Positions 54,401 to 64,000 of a stretch of 64,000 bases of DNA are shown piece by piece. The DNA is taken from NCBI GenBank assembly GCA_951406725.2, contig OX597818.1, forward strand, positions 108,624,001 to 108,688,000, written 5' to 3'. The notes beneath the pieces were generated by a model. It made no database searches. It worked only from the letters and a program-made list of their open reading frames with translations, and was not told the DNA's origin. The stretch's first letter is position 1. Every line of letters starts with the position of its first letter. A program made the translations under genes and the position numbers. This DNA is from Octopus vulgaris (Eukaryota).

Positions 54401-55370
54401 TGTCTAATTTTGGGGTGGTTAAACAATTTATGAATATAGTGCAGGTTTTCATTCACAATATGAAAAGGATGGTAAAGTCTGGATGGAAGATCCAATAGAA
54501 TATCCAGAAAGTTGACCTTTTTAATATTTCCTTTGAATGATAGATTTAAATTCTTGAAAGAATTTATGTAAGCTTTTGCTGAATTCTTCAAGTTCTGAAG
54601 GTGTATAATTATAAACAGTTAAGGGAACATCATCTGTATATAAACTGCCTCCTTTATCACTAAATGATTCCTTGTACTGATGAAATAAGCATATTTCAAC
54701 CAAGTCAGTTGCTTCTTCAGCATCAGATGATCCCATGGTAATATGAAATAAATCCATTCTTGAATTTCTAATCCGCAAATCATTCTGAAAAGGGATTAAT
54801 GTTTTTCAAGCAGTAACAATTATATTAATTTCATCTCAGTTAAGCTCAGTAATTTTACCTACAAAAATCAGGATTTTGTTTTAAAAGCATCAGTAAAATT
54901 GATGAATGGTAGCTTTCTGTGTAGAATTAGCAGAAGTAAGTATTAGATTTATCGTTTAAATTCTAAACCACTTCAATACTTCATCCATATTTTTCTCAAA
55001 GTGCAAGTTTAATGTATGTTTTCATTTTAGATATTATGCTGTTAATTATGAATTTTTTATCTATCTACCTACATCTGACTTAGTCTAATCGGTGGATTAA
55101 TATCAAAATTTGGTTTCTAGTCTTTTAAATTAAACGTAGGATATTTTAGTTGTAGTGGTGGTTCTGGTCAATCTGTTCGTCCATATTTGTTCAGAATTTC
55201 AAGACCCAAATTATCAATATTGGTTAATTTGTTTTGTCTGGCTTTTCATAGTTTTATTTCGTTCTTTCATGATGAATGTATTATATGTTTGTTTTTTTTA
55301 TATTGTTTGATTTATTGTCTTTTATCTGAAATAACATGTAAACCACCTGCATTTTTAAAAAATACTTTAC
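54400..55370 (-). mobile_element. Penelope-like RT relic (separate family)
   Basis: FHITMGSSDAEEATDLV (FDVTMGSYDGAE..ELV), LYTDD, VNFLDILLDL and YIHKLFNHP. Confidence 0.85.
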
Positions 55371-55557
55371 CTTATTGGCAAAGTTGCCTGGTGTGTTTAC
55401 GTCCTGGTAACATAGCAGTTTGGCAAAAGAGACTGATAGAATAAGTACTAAGCTTACAAAGAATAAGTCCTGGAGTTGATTTGTTTGACTAAAGGCGGTG
55501 CTCCAGCATGGCTGCAGTCAAATGACTTAAACAAGTAAAGGAATATATATAAATATA

Positions 55558-55950
55558 TCATCATCATCATCATCATTTAGCGTCTGTTCTCCATGCTAGC
55601 ATGGGTTGGACGGTTCAACTGGGGTCTGTGAAGCTGGAAGGCTTCATCAGGCCCAGTCATATATATATATATACATATCTTCGTCGTTTAACGTCCACTT
55701 TCCATGCTAGCATGGGTTGGACGGTTTGACTGAGGACTTGTGTGCCAGAAAGCTGCACCAGGCTCAATCTGATCTGGCATTGTTACTACAGCCTGATGCC
55801 CTTCCTAACGCCAGCCACTCCGAGAGTGTAGTGGGTACTTTTATGTGCCACCGTCAGGTGGTTCTGGCAACAACCACACTCAAATGGTACTTTTTATGTG
55901 CTACCTGCACAGGAGCTAATCCGGTGGGACTGGCAATGACCACGCTCGAA
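55558..55950 (-). mobile_element. Two tandem RTE tail fragments
   Basis: Two ccatgctagcatgggttggacgg starts, at ~55590 and ~55700. Confidence 0.85.
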
Positions 55951-56010
55951 TACACACACACACACACACATATATAAAACAGTTATTTTATTCCACAAAG
56001 GTAGAAATAT

Positions 56011-56211
56011 AGAAAAAGAAGTTGAAAATGCACTTGGAGTCTTTTTGATGGTTTATTTTTAAAAGTTCAGCTGGTTTCACTGTTGCTATACAGTTGCAGC
56101 ATAGCCCCACATCTTTCTTGGTTTTGAAAATCAGAAAAATCTGTGAAACCAGTTAAGCCTTTAAAAATAAACCATCTAAAAGATTCCAAATGCATTTTCA
56201 ACTTTTTTTCT
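56011..56211. repeat. ~70-bp inverted repeat with a ~62-nt spacer
   Basis: 56011-56080 versus the reverse complement of 56143-56211, only a few mismatches. Confidence 0.9.
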
Positions 56212-58740
56212 GTGTGTATATAGTGTATGTGTGTATAACCATAAAAGATGAATAGACAATATCAGTTAAGTACAATCTACAAATGATTCAATACTATAAT
56301 GCTATGGTGATTTATTCATTATTACAGAGTTGATGATACTAGATTAATAATGTTTCATTGGCTGAGTTCCTTTTCAATCCCTCCTATCATATGGTCAAAG
56401 TGTAATCCTTCTAAGGCTTCCCATAGATCAATTCTTTGAGCGGCTGATCTTTGTCTGTTGGTGGTTCAGGATGCCTGATAAAATGACAGGTGGTTTCTGA
56501 TTGTATAGTACACCAGTTACTAATAAACCGCTATGCTTCTGAGACCTTTGTAACATATATTGAACTATCATTGTCTATTTATTATTTATTTTCTTTTATT
56601 ATATTTCTTTACTGTATGGCATGCATGACTAACATTGCTACTGAAGGTGGAGCTGCAGAATATCTGATATCATTAAACAACTGGAAAAGTTATTTAATCT
56701 TGTGATTGGATTATAAAAAAGGGAAAATATTAATTTATACTGTTCCCGCAATGTACTCTGCTGGCCAATTACCTACTGGAAGCTACTGAGATAGTGAACA
56801 TGATTGACAAGATCTAAACCAATTGGTGTGTGTGTGTGTGTGTGTGAATGCATCCACACATCTATGTATACTTATATGCATCTATCTTTTTATCAACTGT
56901 CCTCTCATCTCCAGACAATAATCCTGTTCATTTCTTAATGACTTGTCAACTCAGGAGGAGTTTTGATTCATGAAATTGTCTTTCCTTTCCATATGGAACT
57001 AGTTTTAATTATCATTTAGTAATTGTGACACATCTGCTAAAGGCAGAAATAATCTTAATAAATTAAGTATTTATGTTGTATGGTATTTGATAGACCTGTA
57101 TTTGTCTACAATGTTCAAATACATACCTTTGACCCACTCTGACTCATTTTTCTCATTTTAGCTTAAATTATGAAAATATGTGCACACACACACACGAATG
57201 CACGCACACACACACAGTTTCGATAATTCTTAAATTATGAATTTTTTTTCTCAGAATTCCAAGAGTTCACATTCCTAAGAATGTTCTTTGCATTCTTGAG
57301 ATTATGTACTCTTTGTTTATGTTGTTCTGATTCTTACGAAGCAGATATAACTCCGTAAACTCTGTAAATGGTTAATTAACATAATTATAGCATTATGAAG
57401 AAAGTATAATGCTAGTGTTGATCCAATAACTGTAATAAGAACAGCATTGTGTAAGTGAAGGCAGCCGGTCGTTAATTAGATCATCCATTAAGGGCCTGTA
57501 TTCTTCTGTTTGAAATAATGAATGGCTACTGAAAAAGATGTCTTGTTAATATTTACAATTCTTTCTCTCACTTGATATGGTTGTTAGTTGACCTTTTAGA
57601 CAAGTTGTGTTTCTGGAATGATCCAAGGAAATGACATAATGCCAGGATTTGAAAACATCATCATTTCCAAGTATTATTAATAGAAAAAAGAAAGAAAGAA
57701 AGAAAGAAAACGCATATTTTGATATTTTCCATGAGCAAAATGACTAATTTTGTCTAATTGTAGATTTACATGTAGCACAAGAATAAAAAAAAAAGAGAGA
57801 AAGACTCTCTTTTGCTGTACTATTAACTATTAATAACATTATGTTTCTAATAAATATGTTTGCTATCTCACCATTTATCTTTTTGTTGGCTTTTAATAAC
57901 TCCCATTTACTTGTCACTGCCAATCTGGCTTCTTTAACACTGCCAAGCCAATTATTATTCTCTTGGCTATAGGGTTAATCCATAAATCAACATATTTATG
58001 ATAAGGTGGTTTTTATCAAAACATCTTAATCTTCGTGAAGAGTTATGGTTGAATCTGGAAAACATCCGTGGCAGTTACAGTGTGGTCAAGCAGCATTGTG
58101 TTGCCGTCAGAACAAACAGCAGCATCTCTCCACCCCATGGGGATGCGAGGAAGCTATAAGCCAGCAGTAAATATAAAAAACAAAAACAAAACAAACTGTG
58201 GTTAAAGGAAGCAGCTTTTTTTTTGTAAAAGCATCACCAATTCTGAAATTATTTGTTGTGCTAATGAAAAGGACCGGAGGCTTTGAAATGACAGCAGTGT
58301 TTTAATGTGGGATGTTTGGCACTGACAAATTATCGAGTACATCCCACTCCAGCAAATATTTTCTTGCTTTCTTCCTTTATTTGTAGGGAGTGGGTATGGA
58401 GGAGATGGTAAATGATGCCAACCTCATTAATACCAATTTCGTAAAACCTGTTAAATGTGTCATAGAAAAATACCGTTCATCAGGCGTGGCTATGTGGTAT
58501 GGAGCTTGCTTCCTGAGCAGATAGCTCTAAGCTCTGTCCCACTTTCTGCTATAGCTTCAGGCCAACCAAAGCATTGGGAAAGGATTTAGTAGACGGAAAC
58601 TGATAGAAGCCTGTCATGTGTCTGTGTGTCTCCCACCACCACGTGACAACTGGTGCATTTATATCCCCATACTTAGTGGTTCAGCAAAAGAAACTGACGG
58701 AATAAAAACCAAACTCTAAAAAGAAAATGATGAAGTACAT

Positions 58741-59140
58741 AGGCATAGGAGTGGCTGTGTGGTAAGTAGCTTGCTTACGAACCACATGGTTCTGGGTTCA
58801 GTTCCACCGCGTGGCACCTTGGGCAAGTGTCTTCTACTATAGCCTCGGGCCGACCAAATACTTGTGAGTGGATTTGTTAGACGGAAACTGAATAAAGCCC
58901 GTCGTATATATGTATATATATATATGTGTCTGTGTTTGTCCCCCCCCCCAACATTACTTGACAACTGATACTGGTGTGCTTATGTCCCCGTAAATTAGCG
59001 GTTCGGCAAAAGAGACTGATAGGATAAGTACTAGGCTTACAAGCTTACAAAGAAAAAGTCCTGGGGTCGATTTGCTTGACTAAAGGCAGTGCTCCAGCAT
59101 GGCCACAGTCACATGACTGAAACAAGTAGAAAAAAAGAGA
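58741..59140 (+). mobile_element. SINE family 1, full length (an older copy precedes it at ~58482-58715)
   Basis: Same head, core and tail. Confidence 0.9.
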
Positions 59141-59354
59141 TAGAAAAGAGAGTACTGTGGTTGATTCATTTGACTAACATGTCCAAGGTCTAAGTTTTTA
59201 AGCATGTATTTTGTCAAACTAAACTTTCTGTGCCATCCTCCTGGTCTGACTGCTATTACTGTTGTGCACAGCTAAGGTATAACCAAAATTACATACTTAG
59301 GAAGCTTGCAATGCTGTCTTGGGGTTTGATCCTCTTGTGTGGCACCTTCACTAA

Positions 59355-59585
59355 TTCATCATCCATCATTTTGAATCTGGGTTTTGTCCCTGTTAACGAG
59401 GGTGGCTGGATCTACCTCAGTGCCATAGCAACTGCTCTCACACCATCTCGCCATCTTGCCTGGTTTTGGGTGTCCTCCCTTCTCAAGCCAACCCTCCCAA
59501 TTTCCACCTGTCCCCTCCACATTTTCCTTGGTCTACCTCACTTTTGCTCTCCGTTTACCTCAAACTCTGGCACCCTCTTCCGAAA
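59355..59585 (-). mobile_element. 3' end of a second RTE-like family
   Basis: GRPRKMWRGQV..LRREDTQNQARWRDGV with a short (ATG)n-like tail. Confidence 0.65.
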
Positions 59586-60869
59586 ATCGTAGAAAATCTA
59601 GCTACGAAAAAACTTCATGATGGCTAATTGCCATTTACAATAGCTTTGGGCTAACTGGTGCATTGTGCAAGATATTTAGTTGACGGACACTATATGGAAG
59701 CCTAGTGTTTGTGTGTGTGTATGTGTGTGCGGAGAGAGAGAAAGACTGGTTCATTTCTGTAAGTTCTTGAGGTGACAGTTTTTCTGTAATGATGATAATG
59801 TTATGTCCTCCTTTAAGCAAAATGTGTGACAGCAGATGTCTTGGTTCTGGACACAACATTATCTCCACTGTAAAATACAAATTGTCATCTCATTACTTTA
59901 GCTGTTTGGTTGTCTCCCCTTTGCTTCCTAAAACCTCATGTGGCTCAACAACAATTTTATTAAGCATCAACAATTCCCAGCCTTAGCAAATCAAAATGGT
60001 TGTGGAATATATTCTCTCTCTCTCTCTCCATTCATGGCTGAGGTTGCTTTGACAAATTTGTCCAGCTGAATATTTATTCATGGAACAGTTATTTCGCAAA
60101 ATGGTTGTCATTCTTTCAGCTGAACAGAAAGTAACAGAATAAAACCTATTTATCACTGAAGCAGACTAACAACAGAAGAATTATGTGCTTTGGTCGAGGA
60201 TATAACAAAAATAAATAGCCGTAGTTGTAATGTGGTCATTTATCCAACTGACCATAATGTATTTTGGACTATATTATCCAACTTTAGATCAAATAATAAT
60301 AATTGATGATTCCTTACATTCACAAATTTCAAAGATTATTTAATTGAATTGACCCCTAAACCTGTTGAGTTGATGTTAAGCTCAGAGGGGAAAATAAAGA
60401 GGCTACGATAAATACTTGATTCTATTTTGTCTGCAATATTTCAACGTGTCGACTACTTCACTGCTTTCATTTCTGTGGAACAACTCTTTTTACAACAATA
60501 GTTTGTGATCTAGGTTTCTGATTTAGTTTCAAGTCCAGGAAATTTTAGGGGATGGAGTTAATACAACCAATCCCAATAATTGTTTGATCTTCTATTTTAT
60601 CAACCACGGAAGGATGTAAAGCAAAGTTAACCTCAAGTGGGATTTGAATTTGAAATCTGGGACAGAATAAATACCACAAAACCATAGTTTTTTTATGCTC
60701 TGCTGACTTACCTAAGCCCACTGGCTTAACAAAACAATTCTATATAATAATAACAATAATAATAATAATAACAACAACAATAATAATAATAATGATAATA
60801 ACAAGGCAACAGCAACATCCTCTCAACGATTAGCCAGAGATGATTTTTAAAATGAGAATATCTGAAATA

Positions 60870-61160
60870 TATTTACATTATTTACATTTGATGGATATTT
60901 GTCCTCATCTTGTTTGTTGTTAACACGTTTCAGCTGACCCTAACCTTCCAGCCTTCATCAGGTATCCTGGAGGAATGTCAAACCTGGGTTCTCATTCATA
61001 AGGTATTTTTCCAATGTTGTTGTTGTTCATGCCTGGAATCGAACTCAGAATCTTGGGGTTAGTAGCTCGTGCTCTTAACCATTATGCCATATGGAGCGAT
61101 GAAGGCTGGAGAGTACATCAAACAAAACGTTGTATTAACTAGAAACAAGATGAGGACAAT
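60870..61160. mobile_element. Second palindromic tRNA/hammerhead element; right arm truncated and split by an RTE, remainder at ~62990-63044
   Basis: Same left start tatttacattatttacatttg as 21607, followed by inverted gatgaaggctgg..aaacaagatgaggaca. Confidence 0.85.
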
Positions 61161-62988
61161 GTCTGCTTTCTATGCTGGCATGGGTTGGACGGTTTGACTG
61201 AGGACAGGTGAACCAGGAGGCTGCACCAGGCTCAATTTGATCTGGCAAAGATTCTACAGCTGGATGCCCTTCCTAACACCAACCACTCCGAGAGTGTAGT
61301 GGGTACTTTTTACGTACCACAGGCGCAAGGGCCAGTCAGGCAGTTCTGGCAACAACCACGCTCAAAAGGTGTTTTTTTTTTATGTGCTACATGCATGGGA
61401 GCCAGTCCGGCGGCACTGGCAATGACCACACTCGAATGTTGTTTTTCACGTTCCACTGGCACATGTGCTGGCAGGGCGACACTGGCAACGATCACACTCA
61501 AATGGTGCTTTTCACATGTCACCAGCACGGGAGACAATATATGGTCCTGGCAGCGAACACGCTCAGATATGGCGTGAGTGCCAATCAGGCAGTACTTTCA
61601 TTGGCCATGTCAGTGATTTTGATTTGTTTACACTTGCCTCAATAGGTCTTTGCAAGCAAAGTTCATTGTCCAATGAATGAGGGGTTATTCATAAATGGTC
61701 TGGTTGCATTCACTGGCATAGGCCATGGGCTATGGTCTCACTTGGCTTGTCAGGTCTTCTCAAGCACAGCATATCTCCAAACGTTCCAGTCACTTGTCAT
61801 TGCCTCTGTAAGGCCCAATGTTTGAAGGTCATGATTCACCACCTCTTCCCAGATTTTCCTGGGTCTACATATTCCAATGGTTCCCTCAACTGCTAGGGAG
61901 TGCGACTTTTTCACACAGCTGTCCTCATTCATTTGCAACACATGACCATACCAGTGCAGTCGTCTCTCTTGCACACCACATCTGATGCTTCTTAAATCCT
62001 ACTTTTCTCTCAGGGCGCTTACACTCTGTCGTATATGCACACAAACATTACTCATCCAGCAGAGCATACTGGCTTCATTCCTTGCAAGCTTATACATGTC
62101 CTCAGCAGTCATAGCCCATGTTTCACTGCCATGTTGCATGGCTGTTCGCACACATGCATCATACAGTCTGCCTTTTACTCTGAGCAAGAGGCCCTTTGTC
62201 ACCAGCAGAGTTAAGAGCTCTCTGAACTTTGCTCAGGTTATTCTTATTCTAGCAGTTACATTTTCAGAGCATCCACCACTGCTACTGACTTGGTCTCCTA
62301 GGTAACGGAAGATATCAACTATTTCTAGTTTTTCTCCCTAAAATGTGACAGAAGCTGTTCTCTGCACATTTTCTGTGTTTATAGCACCTGAGCATTTGTC
62401 ACATACAAAATTTATCTTCCCCGTTAGCCTTCCTTTGACATTGATGCACCTCTTATGTGTCCATAGCTTACACTGGGTATAGCTTATGGAGTTTCTACTT
62501 ATGCCTTTTCTACAGATCGAGCAGGGCCATCTACCTGATGCGATTTGTGGTTTGTCTGCCTTTCTACTTATTAAGACTTTGGTTTTAGCTAGGTTGACTC
62601 TAAGGCCCTTCAATTCTAATCCTTGCTTCCACACCTGAAACTTCTCCTCTAGTTCTGATAGTGACTCAGCAATTAGAGCAAGGTCATCAGCATAGAGGAG
62701 CTCCCAGGGGCATCCTGTCTTGAATTCCTCTGTTATTGCCTGGAGGACTACGATGAATAAGAGGGGGCTGAGGACTGATCCTTGGTGGACCCCTATCTCT
62801 ACTCAGAATTCTTCACTGTACACATTGCCAACCCACACCTTATTGACAGCATCCCTGTACATGGCTTGCACAGCTCTCACTAACCATTCATCTATCCCTA
62901 GTTTCCTCATTGACCACCAGATAAGGAGTCGGGGGACCCTGTCAAAGGCTTTCTTTCTGTCAACAAAAGCCAGCTAGAGAGGCTTATC
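61161..62988 (-). mobile_element. RTE LINE 3' half (RT through 3' UTR), relatively young
   Basis: GVHQGSVLSPLLF, LLYADDLAL, Cys/His finger, RRLHWYGHV; ORFs 61750-61974, 61999-62202, 62338-62634. Confidence 0.95.
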
Positions 62989-63044
62989 ATTATCAACAAA
63001 AGTCAAATAATGTACATAATTCTTCATCTCACAAATATAGAACT

Positions 63045-63554
63045 ATACCTGAAATAAATTTGACTACTCTTACAAATGAGAATACTAAAAATGAACCTCA
63101 TCACTCTCAAAAATTAAGTTAAAAAAACGGAAAAATAATCCAGAATCCTTGTCCGGTACCTGATCAATCCCAGTGGTAGGTGGAATGTGAAGGTGGCTGT
63201 AGAAAATTTAGTAACAGTAATGAATAGTTTATCCTTATCTAATACAAGCCAAAGTTAACAAATTCACCATTCAAAATAGTTACAAGCTAAAGGGAGATAA
63301 TTGAGAAAGACTTGAAAGTCAACATAAGATCGTAATCATGTAATGTAAAGTAAATATAACAAAAAATAATCCAGAATCCTTGTCTGGTACTGACTTGATT
63401 CCAAAATCTAATCAGTTTGTGCCTGTCACGAGGCCAAATATCTCTGAAAGTTTCATCCAAATCCATTGAGCAGTTCTTGAGATATCTTATCCATGGACAA
63501 ACAAACAAACGCAACTGAAAACAATACCTCTGCTTTCACTAAGGCAGAGGTAAT
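63045..63554 (-). mobile_element. HINE-like element (same family as 13171-13541); its 3' part lies at 60802-60869
   Basis: Reverse complement of 13171-13450. Confidence 0.8.
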
Positions 63555-63778
63555 AATAATAATAATAATAATCTTACTACTGGCACAAGGCCTGAAATTT
63601 TGTGGGTGAAGGGGCTAGTTGATTGACCCCAGTGCTTGAATGGTACTTAGTTTATCAACCCAAAAGAATGAAAGCCAAAGTGGACCTTGGTAGAATTTGA
63701 ACTCAGAACATAAACGGTTGGAAGAAATATCACTAAGCATTTTGTCTGACAGGATAACAGTTCTGCCAGCTTACTACC

Positions 63779-63813
<35 letters not shown>

Positions 63814-64000
63814 TGTAAGTCCATATGCTGTGTCAGTAGTTGAGAGGTGAATGGGTTTTGACACTTGTAGTCTCTTTAACACTTCATTGTTATTTTGTGG
63901 CAACTAGTAAAGACTTGCTAAAACGATAGGTATATACATATGCAGACATACACACACTCAATTACATCTATGTTCATGTGCCCACACACACACACACACG

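Noticed and set aside
58068-58108. Hairpin containing AGCAGCATTGT (miR-103/107-like 5' end)
   Set aside because: The stem is only ~15 bp with many G-U pairs and no flanking pairing; too short for a pre-miRNA.
58307-58347. GTGGGATGT/ACATCCCAC hairpin with TTTGGCACT (miR-96-like seed)
   Set aside because: The stem is only 9 bp and the seed-like sequence falls in the loop.

Overview
AT-rich eukaryotic DNA made almost entirely of decayed transposable elements and microsatellites. The repeat repertoire (tRNA-headed SINEs with internal (TA)/(TG) tracts, RTE LINEs with (ATG)n tails, Penelope-like elements, DD37D mariners) looks like an octopus/cephalopod genome; that is recognition from memory, not a database result. 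No intact protein-coding gene, rRNA, true tRNA or CRISPR array is supportable, and most long ORFs in the track are microsatellite artefacts or TE fragments. Highlights: (1) a short tRNA-headed element with a Penelope-type minimal hammerhead ribozyme, inserted as a head-to-head palindrome at two loci; (2) hammerhead-like motifs in several other unrelated short repeats, often in fold-back arrangements; (3) a C4HC3 PHD-type finger embedded in the RT of the dominant RTE family; (4) nested insertions and one probable local inversion. All coordinates, alignments and folds were done by eye, so boundaries are approximate.
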